Assembly (NCBI GenBank): GCA_035285865.1
Contig: JAYKHS010000003.1
Span: 158,016 to 222,015, forward strand
From: Candidatus Sericytochromatia bacterium
Lineage (GTDB): Bacteria; Cyanobacteriota; Sericytochromatia; S15B-MN24; VGJW01
Direction: 5' to 3'
Length of the DNA stretch: 64,000 nucleotides
In this document: positions 49,629 through 58,341 of the stretch, one piece after another
How positions within the stretch are numbered: the first letter of the stretch is position 1
Layout: each line of letters begins with the position of its first letter
Translations under genes and position numbers: made by a program
The notes under the pieces: model-generated
The model's database searches: none
What the model was told of the DNA's origin: nothing
The model's input: the letters and a program-made list of their open reading frames with translations, nothing else

Positions 49629-50294
49629 TCAGCCCCCGTAACCGTTGCCGTAACCGGTGCCGGTGCCGCTGCCGTAGCCGGTTCCGCTGCCGTAACCGGT
49701 GCCATTGCCGTAGCCGGACCCGTTGCCATAACCGTTGCCGCCACCAAAGCTGCCACCCCCGGGATAGCCCCCCACGGGCGTGGGGTAACCGGTGCTGCCG
49801 CCGTTGGAGGTTGCATAGACGCTGACATCGTCAGCCGTCTTGGTGGACGTCACCTCGATCTGCCGGTTCTCGCCAGGAGCCAGATCAACTGTCTGGGTCA
49901 TCGTCTCGACGGTCTGACCACCCTTCATGAAGGTGATGGTCAACGTTGCCGACGACATCGCCTGAGCGGGGTTCGAGACCGAGATCTGCGCCTTCATCTT
50001 GCGGAACATGAACAGGAAGCCACCCGTGCGCGTCTTGGCGGTCACGGTCGCGGAAGGCGGCGTGGCCGGGATGCCAGGGTTCGCGGGATAGCCCGGGTTC
50101 GACGGATAGCCCGGGTTCGAGGGGTAGCTCGGGTTCGACGGATAGCTCGGATTCGACGGGTAGCTGCTGCCGGGATCCGTGGGGTAGGTGGGAGACGAGC
50201 CCAGCCCGGGATCGACGTAACCGGCATCCCCACCGCAGCCGGTCAGCATCAGTGCTCCGAGGACGGCGATCATCCGCAGCATCCGCTTCGACAT
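49629..50294 (-). CDS. Lipoprotein with (S/G)YPSNP repeats, beta-sandwich domain and GY tail
   Basis: GGAGG RBS, MLTGC lipobox; homologous to the 50502-51110 ORF. Confidence 0.8.
   Translation of the reverse strand: MSKRMLRMIAVLGALMLTGCGGDAGYVDPGLGSSPTYPTDPGSSYPSNPSYPSNPSYPSNPGYPSNPGYPANPGIPATPPSATVTAKTRTGGFLFMFRKMKAQISVSNPAQAMSSATLTITFMKGGQTVETMTQTVDLAPGENRQIEVTSTKTADDVSVYATSNGGSTGYPTPVGGYPGGGSFGGGNGYGNGSGYGNGTGYGSGTGYGSGTGTGYGNGYGG
49632..49740 (-). repeat. Coding 18-bp imperfect repeat encoding GYG(N/S)G(S/T)
   Basis: GNGYGNGSGYGNGTGYGSGTGYGSGTGTGYGNGYGG. Confidence 0.8.
50077..50166 (-). repeat. Five 18-bp coding tandem repeats encoding (S/G)YP(S/A)NP
   Basis: Plus-strand units gggttcgcgggatagccc, gggttcgacggatagccc, gggttcgaggggtagctc, gggttcgacggatagctc, ggattcgacgggtagctg. 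Confidence 0.9.
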
Positions 50295-50341
50295 CGGGGT
50301 TCCCTCCAATCCTTTCAGGCCCTGCGCCTGTGTTGCATGGG

Positions 50342-50371
50342 TTATCGGCCCCTTGGAGAGGGGGTCTTGCG
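50342..50371 (-). promoter_or_regulatory. Putative sigma-28-like promoter
   Basis: Minus strand CGCAAG-N16-GCCGATAA. Confidence 0.6.
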
Positions 50372-50501
50372 TCTTTCCGGCAAAGATTCGACTAAGGGAG
50401 ATTTAAGCATGGGGTCTCGGGGGCGAGAAGGGCTTGCCCCAAATCGGGACGGGTCCCGTGGGACCTGGCTGGTCCGACGGAACCCGTCGCTGCGTCTGTC
50501 T

Positions 50502-51110
50502 TCAGTAGCCGTAACTGCTGCCCTGGGGTGCCGCACCATAGGGCTGTGAGCCGTAGCCGCTGCCGTAGCCGTAACCGCTGCCGTAGCCACCGGGAGCTGC
50601 CGCAGGCGTATCGGTCGAGATCGAGAATCGGGCACCGTCCGGATTGCCCTTGAGCGCCGAGATGCGCATGGTCTGGGTCTGATTGCCGCCAAGGGAGACC
50701 TGACGGGTCTGATCGTCGCCGGTCGACTCACCCTTCTTGGTGAAGTTGATCGTCAGCGTGCCGCCGAGGGTCGTCTGCCCGGGGTTCGTGACCATGACCT
50801 CGATGTAGGGCTTGGAGAACCAGCCGAGCAGTTCGGTCTTGAAGAGCTTCTGCGACACCACGAGCTTGGCCCCGGGCGCCGGCTGGACCGGCACGACGGG
50901 CAGGCCTGGATCCGGCAGACCCGGCCCGGGAAGGGAAGGAGATCCCGGATCGGCCGAGGGTGCTGGCGCAGGCTGGGAAGGAGCAGGCGGCTCTTCCTCG
51001 TTCGGGTCGCCGGTGGATCCGACACGGGTCCCGCAACCGGAAAGGATCATGCTGGAGGTCATGGCCGCTACGGCGAGCATGCCAACCAGTGAACGCCGGT
51101 TCGGAATCAT
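50502..51110 (-). CDS. Lipoprotein with Pro-rich linker, beta-sandwich domain and GY tail
   Basis: GGAG RBS, ILSGC lipobox; paralogue of 49629-50294. Confidence 0.8.
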   Translation of the reverse strand: MIPNRRSLVGMLAVAAMTSSMILSGCGTRVGSTGDPNEEEPPAPSQPAPAPSADPGSPSLPGPGLPDPGLPVVPVQPAPGAKLVVSQKLFKTELLGWFSKPYIEVMVTNPGQTTLGGTLTINFTKKGESTGDDQTRQVSLGGNQTQTMRISALKGNPDGARFSISTDTPAAAPGGYGSGYGYGSGYGSQPYGAAPQGSSYGY

Positions 51111-51154
51111 CGGGACTCTCCGTGAGGAATCGGTTCGGGAACCACTTGGAGAAG

Positions 51155-51183
51155 ATATCGGCTGCGACAGGGCGCCACTTGCG
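51155..51183 (-). promoter_or_regulatory. Putative sigma-28-like promoter
   Basis: Minus strand CGCAAG-N15-GCCGATAT. Confidence 0.6.
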
Positions 51184-51214
51184 AAGGCAGGGTTAAGCTT
51201 CGAAGAAGCCCTGT

Positions 51215-51688
51215 CTAAGCGACTGGCGGACCCTGCGGATCGAGGCGCTTGGTCATCGCGATGTGCACGATGCCGGCTTCGACGTAGGGATCGCCCGTCA
51301 CGACATAGCCCAGCTGCTCGTAAAAACTGACGACCCCCCATTGAGCCGACAGACGGACCACCTCACGCCCCTTCTCGGCTGCGCGCTGCTCGCAGCGCAG
51401 CATCAGACGCGTCGCGACGCCCTGGTGCCGGGCCTCGCGACGCACGGCCACACGACCGATGCGCACGGTGTGGGCATCCTGCGGCACGAGGCGCGCCGTA
51501 CCGACGACCTGACCATCCAGCGTGGCCAGGAGGTGATCACAGATCCCGTCCCACTCGTCGACCTCCTCCTCGGGCGGAAGGCCCTGTTCCTCAACGAAGA
51601 CCGCCCAGCGCACCGCTACGGCTTCACGAACCCGGGGGTCCTCGGCGGTGAGCCAGTCGAAGGAGAGCGCGGCAGGCAAGACGATCAC
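51215..51688 (-). CDS. GNAT acetyltransferase (ElaA/YjcF-like)
   Basis: VRWAVFVEEQG, VGTARL, IGRVAV...RHQGVA, FYEQLGY, EAGIVHIAM. Confidence 0.9.
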   Translation of the reverse strand: MIVLPAALSFDWLTAEDPRVREAVAVRWAVFVEEQGLPPEEEVDEWDGICDHLLATLDGQVVGTARLVPQDAHTVRIGRVAVRREARHQGVATRLMLRCEQRAAEKGREVVRLSAQWGVVSFYEQLGYVVTGDPYVEAGIVHIAMTKRLDPQGPPVA

Positions 51689-51695
51689 GGAAGAC

Positions 51696-52433
51696 CTAGA
51701 TGGAGAGTCGATTGAGCAGGGGGAGACGTTGGACAAAGCCGGAAAGCACCGTAAGGCCGCCCGTGGCCAGCAGGATGCCGACGGCCACCAGCAGCAGGCC
51801 GCTGCCAATCTCGACGACCCGCATGTGCTTCTTGACCTTGTCGAAGACGCCCAGCAGATGGTCGAAGGCCAGCGCAGCACCCAGGAACGGCAAGGCAAGT
51901 CCCGCCGAATAGGCTCCCAGCAGTCCGATGCCCTTGCCCAACGTTTCTTCCTGGGACGCGAGCGTCAGGATGGAGGCCAGAATCGGCCCGATGCAGGGCG
52001 TCCATCCGAACGCGAAGGCCAGTCCGACGACGAATGCCCCGATGAATCCGGCTGGCTTGGTCCGCACCGTGGCCCGCCGCTCCTGATACAGGAAAGGCAG
52101 GCGCACCCACCCGGCCACATGCAGGCCGAAGAGCACCACGATGACCCCGGCCGCGCGGCTGATGGCGACCTGATGGTCCAGCAGCAGGGCCCCGACGGTG
52201 GTGGCAGAGGCTCCCAGCAGCACGAAGACGGCGGAGAAGCCGAGCACGAAGGCCAATGTCTGGGCCAGGACGCGACCGCGCGCCTCGGGCGACCGTGACG
52301 CACCGGTCTTGAGCTCGTCGAGCGACACGCCCGCAACGAAGGACAGGTAGCCCGGAACCAGCGGGAGCACGCAGGGTGACAGGAAAGACATCAGGCCTGC
52401 CCCGAAGGCAAGCGCCACGTTCACTTGGCTCAC
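51696..52433 (-). CDS. ccdA: Cytochrome c biogenesis protein CcdA
   Basis: SFLSPCVLPLVPGY and FGWTPCIGPIL. Confidence 0.93.
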   Translation of the reverse strand: MSQVNVALAFGAGLMSFLSPCVLPLVPGYLSFVAGVSLDELKTGASRSPEARGRVLAQTLAFVLGFSAVFVLLGASATTVGALLLDHQVAISRAAGVIVVLFGLHVAGWVRLPFLYQERRATVRTKPAGFIGAFVVGLAFAFGWTPCIGPILASILTLASQEETLGKGIGLLGAYSAGLALPFLGAALAFDHLLGVFDKVKKHMRVVEIGSGLLLVAVGILLATGGLTVLSGFVQRLPLLNRLSI

Positions 52434-52539
52434 GGGCCCATCATAGCCCAGATTCAGTGCGGCAAGAGGGAGCCTGCTGGCGCAGGAGTGGCCCGAACGG
52501 GTACGGTAAGGCAACACCGCTGTCTCAGGAGTACCCAAC

Positions 52540-52947
52540 GTGCCAAGCCCCCGCCCCCCCCGTCCCCCTCGTGGCCCCGAGGGCTCAGGCGGTCGACCGC
52601 CGAGGGGTCCCGGCTACAGGGATGGAGGTGCACCCGGTCGACGGGATGGCGGCGGGCCTGGTCGCAGGGATGGGGACGGCTCCCCGCGTGGCCGCTTCGG
52701 ACCGCCCCGGCAGCGGGACGATCGCCCGAAGGGTCCGGTGGTCCGCACATGGCAGGCTCCGGCGGATGACCTCGACGACGCCGAGACGCTCGGCCAGGCT
52801 CCGCTCCATGAGGAATCGGCCATGACCCTGACCCTTCCATCCGCGCTCGCCACGCGTCTGCGTGCTGCGGCACGGGGCATCGGCACCGATCCCGAGACAC
52901 TGGCCGTGGTCCTGCTGGGCCAGCAGGTACTCTCCCTGAAGGACTGA
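52540..52947 (+). CDS. Hypothetical protein with R/G/P-rich disordered N-terminus and ribbon-helix-helix-like C-terminus
   Basis: AGGAG RBS and GTG start; RRDGG repeats; MTLTLPSALATRLRAAARGIGTDPETLAVVLL. Confidence 0.65.
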   Translation: MPSPRPPRPPRGPEGSGGRPPRGPGYRDGGAPGRRDGGGPGRRDGDGSPRGRFGPPRQRDDRPKGPVVRTWQAPADDLDDAETLGQAPLHEESAMTLTLPSALATRLRAAARGIGTDPETLAVVLLGQQVLSLKD

Positions 52948-52953
52948 TCGCAC

Positions 52954-55900
52954 GTGGGCTGCCCGACATGCGGCGTGCAGAACCCGGCACAAGCGCGCTA
53001 CTGCAAGGGATGCGGCTCGTCCGTCGGACTTCCTTGTGGCGCGTGCGGAGCACCCGTCGCCTCAGATCATGCCTTCTGCACGACCTGCGGCGCGCGGCAG
53101 GCGCCGCTGCCGCCCGGCAATCCACCGACGGCTGCAGGCGGGGGCGTCCCGGCACGTCCGACACCCACCACGGAACTGCACCAGTCCGACCGTCGGGTGG
53201 TGACCGTGCTGTTCACCGACGTGTCCGGCTTCACGGCGATGTCCGAGAAGCTGGACCCCGAAACGGTGACCGGCATCGTCAACCGCTTCTTTCAGGTCCT
53301 GACGGAACCCATCTACCGCTATGGCGGAGTGGTGGACAAGTACATCGGCGATGCCATCATGGCCCTCTTCGGGGCCCCGGTCGCGCACGAGGACGACCCC
53401 CTGCGCGGAGTCCTCGCCGGCTGGGCCATGCAGGAGGCAGCCCAGGCCTTCGCGGCGAATCTCGAGCAGCAGACCGGCATCCGGTTGCGGGTTCGTGTCG
53501 GTCTGCATACGGGACTGGTAGTGGCGGGCAGCGTCGGGGGGAGCCAGCGCGCGGACTACACCGTGACAGGCGAGACCGTGGCCATCGCCTCGCGCATGGA
53601 GGCTGCCGCCCCACCGGGCGGCGTATTGGTCTCTGCAGACACCTGGCAACAGGTCAGGACGCACTTCTCCGGCGAGGAGCAGGAAGCCGTACAGGCCGGC
53701 GGCCGTGGGCAGATCGTGCCCGCGTGGCTGATCCTCGGTCCGGCCGAGGGAGCGGGTCCGGCCGTCGCCGACCAGGCCACGGACCTGATTGGCCGGAACA
53801 AGGAGCGCGAGGCCATTGCCTCTGCGTGGCAGGTGCTGCGCGACGGACGCCCGGCAAGCCTGCTGGTCGGGGGAGCCGTCGGGATGGGCAAGTCGCTGCT
53901 GATCCGGCACGAGACCCGTCGCCTCCGCCACGAGGGGGCCCTGGTCGTGTGGGGACGGGGGGTATCCTTCGACAAGGAACGGGCCCATGCCCTCGCCGTG
54001 TCCGTGCTGCAACCCCTGATCGGCGAGGCACCATCGGGGGGCGAGGCGGCACTGGCTGCGCTCGAGGCTCTCGTGGCGCGCTGGTTGCCATACAACGTGC
54101 CGCGCAGCACTTCCTCGCTGGCGCACCTGCTGGGGCTTCCGGTCAGCCATCCCGAGGTGGCCAGCCTGCCGCCGCAACAGCGCCGGACCGCCGGCTTCGT
54201 GGTTCTGGACGACCTCCTCGTGGCCATGGCCCGAGAGACCCCGACCATCCTCGTCCTCGATGATCTCCAATGGGCGGATGCCCCTTCGCTGGAATGGCTT
54301 TCCGGCCTCTTCCTGCGTCTGGACCGCGAAGCGGGCCATGTCCCTCTCCTGCTCATCCTCGCCAGCCGCGAACCCGAATCCCTGCCTCGCCCAATCCTGG
54401 GGCACGGCTTGCTCCAGCGCCTGACCTTGGCCCCCATGGAAGGCGAAGACGCCGAAGCCCTGTCCACCAGCCTGCTCCAGGCCTCGCCGGACTCCCTCGA
54501 TCCACCGGTCCGCCAGCTGCTGGACGAGATCCTCGCGCGTGCCGAAGGCAACCCCTTCTACCTGAAGGAGTTGGTCCGAACGGTGCAGGAGTCAGGCGTA
54601 CTCGTCCGCACCGGAGCGACGTGGTCGGTCGCGGGCCGGGGCACGGACTTCCGCCTTCCGGGCAGCGTCCAGGGGGCACTCGCCGCACGCCTCGACCAGC
54701 TGGAAGCGGACCAGCGGCAGACCCTTCAGGTCGCCTCGGTCCTCGGCCGTACCGTGGAAGTCGACCTGCTCCGGACCGTGCTGGACCGCGAGGTGGACAC
54801 GCCATTGGCCGATCTGGTGAGGCTGGGTTTCCTCTACCGCATGCCTGACGGAAAACATGCCTTCAATCAGGTCGTGGCTCAGGAAGTGGCCTACGAGAAC
54901 CTGCTCCTCGCCACACGCCGCGACTGGCACGAACGGGCAGCACTGGCCATCGAGCGGCGGGACTTTCCCGGTACGCCGGGCCGGGCAAGGACCCTGGCAC
55001 ACCACATGGCACGGGCAGAACGGGACGAGCCGGCCGCCCGATACTCGGCCGAAGCCGGAGACGAGGCGCGGCACGCCTTCGGCAACGAGGAGGCGATCAG
55101 CCTGTATCGGCAGGCGCTCAGACACCTGGATCGGCTCGGCCAGCATCCGGCCAACGGTACCGAGCGTGCCACGGTGCTGGCACACCTCGCCTCCGTCGAA
55201 ACGACCACGGGCGAGGTCGTCCCGGCACAGGAACATCTGGAAGGCGCCATCGCCCTGGCGCCGGAGCATCCGGACCGCGGCAACTGGGAGGCCTGGCTCA
55301 TCAGGGCGATCATCCGGCAGGGAGACACGCACCGGGCCATCGCCCGATGCCAGGAACGCATCGCGACCACGCGCGATCCCGTCGAAGAAGCGACGTTGCG
55401 GGCCACGCTGGCCGAGCAGTGGCTGACGACCGGTGCCCTGGCCGATGCCGAAGCGCAGTGTCAGGCAGCACTCGGCCTCGTCAGACCCGACCGGCACCCG
55501 CTTGTCGTGGCGGACATCATGAACATCCTCGGCAACCTTGCCGCGCGACGCGGGGGTGGAGAGGCGATCGGCTACTACCAGCGCACGCTGGTCCTCGTCG
55601 ATGAGGCCCGGGATGTCCCCCGCCGGGTCGTCGGCCTGACCAACCTCGCCATGGCTCAGGAGATGTCCGGCGACTGGGGGGCAGCGGCCGATGCCTATGC
55701 ACGTGCCCACGCCATCTGCTCACGCATCGGAGACAGGTCGCGCGGGGCCCACATCCTGAACAACCTCGGCGGCCTGCGCCTGAAGCTCGGCCTGCTGGAC
55801 GAGGCCGAGAGCGCCATCCGCGAGGCGGACTCCCTGTACGAGAACCTGGGCAACCCCCTCGGTCGGGCAGCCTGCGCGAACTTTATGGGTCAGGTCCACC

Positions 55901-56391
55901 TCGCACGCGAAGAAGCCGAGGCGGCCATCCCGTGTTTCGAGGCATCGGCCGGCCTGCTCGAGCGGGCCGGTGCCGGAACCTATGCCGCGGAGGTCCTGCG
56001 TGGCCTTGGCCTGGCCCTGATGCTGTCCGGCGACACCCGGAAGGCCGAGGAAGTCCTCGATAGGGCGCACGCCCTGGCCGTCGCCGCTGCCCAGAAAGCC
56101 GAGATTGCCTCCATCGAGGTGCTTCGCAGTCGGTTGAGCATGGTCGGCGGTCGGTCAGATGAGGCGCTCGAACGGATGCGCAAGGCCATCGAGGATATCC
56201 GCAATCACGGCCATGCTCTGGAAAAGGGGCGTGCCATGGTCCATGGTGCGTGGATTGCAGCCCGCGCGGGCGAGGTACACGAGGCAGACGCCCTGCTGCT
56301 CGGAGCCCGCGACATCTTCGAGGGCATCCGCGCCGCCGAAGAACTCCGCAAGGTCGAAGTGCTGCTCAAGCAGGCCGGATCTGCGCCATGA
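52954..56391 (+). CDS. Double zinc ribbon + class III nucleotide cyclase + STAND-type ATPase + TPR protein
   Basis: CPTC/CKGC/CGAC/CTTC; LFTDVSGFT, DKYIGDAIMALFGAP, RVGLHTG; GAVGMGKS, LVLDDLQWAD, GNPFY; helical repeats. Confidence 0.9.
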   Translation: MGCPTCGVQNPAQARYCKGCGSSVGLPCGACGAPVASDHAFCTTCGARQAPLPPGNPPTAAGGGVPARPTPTTELHQSDRRVVTVLFTDVSGFTAMSEKLDPETVTGIVNRFFQVLTEPIYRYGGVVDKYIGDAIMALFGAPVAHEDDPLRGVLAGWAMQEAAQAFAANLEQQTGIRLRVRVGLHTGLVVAGSVGGSQRADYTVTGETVAIASRMEAAAPPGGVLVSADTWQQVRTHFSGEEQEAVQAGGRGQIVPAWLILGPAEGAGPAVADQATDLIGRNKEREAIASAWQVLRDGRPASLLVGGAVGMGKSLLIRHETRRLRHEGALVVWGRGVSFDKERAHALAVSVLQPLIGEAPSGGEAALAALEALVARWLPYNVPRSTSSLAHLLGLPVSHPEVASLPPQQRRTAGFVVLDDLLVAMARETPTILVLDDLQWADAPSLEWLSGLFLRLDREAGHVPLLLILASREPESLPRPILGHGLLQRLTLAPMEGEDAEALSTSLLQASPDSLDPPVRQLLDEILARAEGNPFYLKELVRTVQESGVLVRTGATWSVAGRGTDFRLPGSVQGALAARLDQLEADQRQTLQVASVLGRTVEVDLLRTVLDREVDTPLADLVRLGFLYRMPDGKHAFNQVVAQEVAYENLLLATRRDWHERAALAIERRDFPGTPGRARTLAHHMARAERDEPAARYSAEAGDEARHAFGNEEAISLYRQALRHLDRLGQHPANGTERATVLAHLASVETTTGEVVPAQEHLEGAIALAPEHPDRGNWEAWLIRAIIRQGDTHRAIARCQERIATTRDPVEEATLRATLAEQWLTTGALADAEAQCQAALGLVRPDRHPLVVADIMNILGNLAARRGGGEAIGYYQRTLVLVDEARDVPRRVVGLTNLAMAQEMSGDWGAAADAYARAHAICSRIGDRSRGAHILNNLGGLRLKLGLLDEAESAIREADSLYENLGNPLGRAACANFMGQVHLAREEAEAAIPCFEASAGLLERAGAGTYAAEVLRGLGLALMLSGDTRKAEEVLDRAHALAVAAAQKAEIASIEVLRSRLSMVGGRSDEALERMRKAIEDIRNHGHALEKGRAMVHGAWIAARAGEVHEADALLLGARDIFEGIRAAEELRKVEVLLKQAGSAP

Positions 56392-58327
56392 CCTCCTGCA
56401 TCATCGCGGTCACCGGGCCATATCGGTAAGCAGCCACCCTGCGCCCGGAAGCATCCCAGGACATCCTCCCCCAGCGCCCGAGCAGGCCCTGCCACTCGAC
56501 GACGCGCGCACCCGCGACCTCGGCAACCAGCAAGGTCCGGATCCCGCGCAGGCCCAGTTCGCGAGCCAGCGTGGCAAACCTCGGATCCGCCGGCTCGAGC
56601 GGCGCGAGGCGACTGCAGACTCCGCAGCGATCCTCCGTGATGCACTCCGCACAGACGGGCAGACCGCAAGAGACGCAGTCAGGCCGATGGGTCCCGCACT
56701 GATTCCGGCCGCAGGAAGCGCAACTGCCCAGATCATCGGCACGCACGACCTCGAAACACGTGCGGCAGGTGCCCGCATGGTCCGGGCAGAACATCCCGTT
56801 GCCGCCCTCGAGCATGAGCCGACGGGCAACCTGCGCGCCACAAGCCGTGCAGCTCCCGAGGCAATTGGCACACGTCGAATCACGCGACACGGTACAGGCC
56901 GACAAGTCTGCGGCGAGGCCCCGCACGTTGCAACTGGCACATGTTCCCGCATGCTCCTGACAGACGAAGCCCCCGCCTGCCTCGAGGCGACAACCGTGAC
57001 AGACAGGCGCGCCGTCCGCCGCACAGACCGCCCTGCAGCCCGTGCAGACCAGGGTCCCGCAGGCCCCGCAAGCGACCCGATCCGTCTCGCAGACCGGCTC
57101 CTGGCAGTCTGAGCAGATGGCCGCACAAGCTGGACAGAGGGCTACGGAACAAGCAGTGCAGGTACCCGCCTCGTCGGATGACTCGGCACACGGGCGCGCA
57201 CAGGCAGGGCACGCGCGGATGCACGTCCTGCAGGCCAGGGACAGCATCCCCGTCATGACCGGGTCCTGGACCACCTCGCCACAGACACCACAGTCAGGCA
57301 TCAGGATCTGGCGCGTCACCGGCACATAGCCAAGTCGCACGTCCGGCGTCTCGGCTGTCGGAATAGCCCCATCCGCAGGTCGCGTGAAGCGCGCGAGGTA
57401 GGTGACCTCATCAAAGCTCACCACGTGAAGGGCCACCAGTTCGGTGGTCAGCGTGACCTCATGGGCACCTTCCTCGGCACGCACGGCCTCCTCCTCGAGT
57501 CGGGCGAGAGAGGCCAATGCAACCGTCTGGCCCTTGCGGGCCGCATCCAGTCGACGTGCCATCTCCGCCCCCTCGCGACTCAGCTCGGCCAAATCCGCCG
57601 GAAGAGCACCCTTGATGGCACCCAGCACCTTGGCGAGGCGCTCCTCGAGGCCACGAATCTCGCGCTGGCGAGCATCCTCCCGAAGGGCCCCGTAGTGACG
57701 CCGGATGCGGGTGACGGACTCGGTTCTGCGACTGCCGAGCTGACGCTCGAGCGCTTCGCCCCTCACGCTGGTCCTGGCATCGACGAGGGCCAGTGCACGG
57801 GCGTGAAGCGGGCCCAGTGCCGGCAGATCCCGGGGGGGCTCGGCAGGCAGCACCTGTGTGCCCGACAAGGCATCCACCAGAGCGGGACAAGCCATGCCGG
57901 TCACGGGGTCCAGAATATCGACGTGCGTCTCCTCGATCGGGTGTGGCAGGACACCGGCACCGTAGGCCACCCGATGCGTGAAGGCCACCACGCGGCGGGT
58001 CCGGACACGCTCGAGGCGCACACGGGACAGCAGCCAGCCTTCGGGCGCCACGCCCAGCAGCAGAGCGGCCGGATCGGCGATGGGCTCGACCACGACGTGG
58101 CGATGGGACACCGCACCCCGCTCCTCGCACTCGGCGAGGATCTCCTTCAGGCGGGGCGAACCGGGCGCAATGGCCTCGGCATCCTCACCCGCAGCGAACG
58201 AGATGTCGAAACGCCTGTCGCCCAGGCGCACCTCCCAACGGCGACGCTGGGTGTCCAGCGGCGTCGCGTCGGCACCTTGGCGCCGATAGAAGTCGAGCGT
58301 GAACGTACGAAGTGTCGGATCCTGCAT
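56366..58327 (-). CDS. YqhG-like protein with long CxxC zinc-finger array
   Basis: N-terminal region resembles YqhG-type SNF2 partners (recalled from memory), then a coiled coil and 17 CxxC plus 3 CxxH. Confidence 0.62.
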   Translation of the reverse strand: MQDPTLRTFTLDFYRRQGADATPLDTQRRRWEVRLGDRRFDISFAAGEDAEAIAPGSPRLKEILAECEERGAVSHRHVVVEPIADPAALLLGVAPEGWLLSRVRLERVRTRRVVAFTHRVAYGAGVLPHPIEETHVDILDPVTGMACPALVDALSGTQVLPAEPPRDLPALGPLHARALALVDARTSVRGEALERQLGSRRTESVTRIRRHYGALREDARQREIRGLEERLAKVLGAIKGALPADLAELSREGAEMARRLDAARKGQTVALASLARLEEEAVRAEEGAHEVTLTTELVALHVVSFDEVTYLARFTRPADGAIPTAETPDVRLGYVPVTRQILMPDCGVCGEVVQDPVMTGMLSLACRTCIRACPACARPCAESSDEAGTCTACSVALCPACAAICSDCQEPVCETDRVACGACGTLVCTGCRAVCAADGAPVCHGCRLEAGGGFVCQEHAGTCASCNVRGLAADLSACTVSRDSTCANCLGSCTACGAQVARRLMLEGGNGMFCPDHAGTCRTCFEVVRADDLGSCASCGRNQCGTHRPDCVSCGLPVCAECITEDRCGVCSRLAPLEPADPRFATLARELGLRGIRTLLVAEVAGARVVEWQGLLGRWGRMSWDASGRRVAAYRYGPVTAMMQEVMAQIRPA

Positions 58328-58341
58328 GGATGGGCCCAACC

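Noticed and set aside
50077..50166. Possible CRISPR-like or non-coding repeat array
   Set aside because: Units are contiguous, in frame, vary mostly at synonymous positions and have no spacers; no cas genes seen.
50410..50500. Structured ncRNA between the paired lipoprotein genes
   Set aside because: Only short GC hairpins, expected at this GC content; no recognisable family.
56613..57292. Multiheme cytochrome c (ccdA is nearby)
   Set aside because: No CxxCH motif and no signal peptide.
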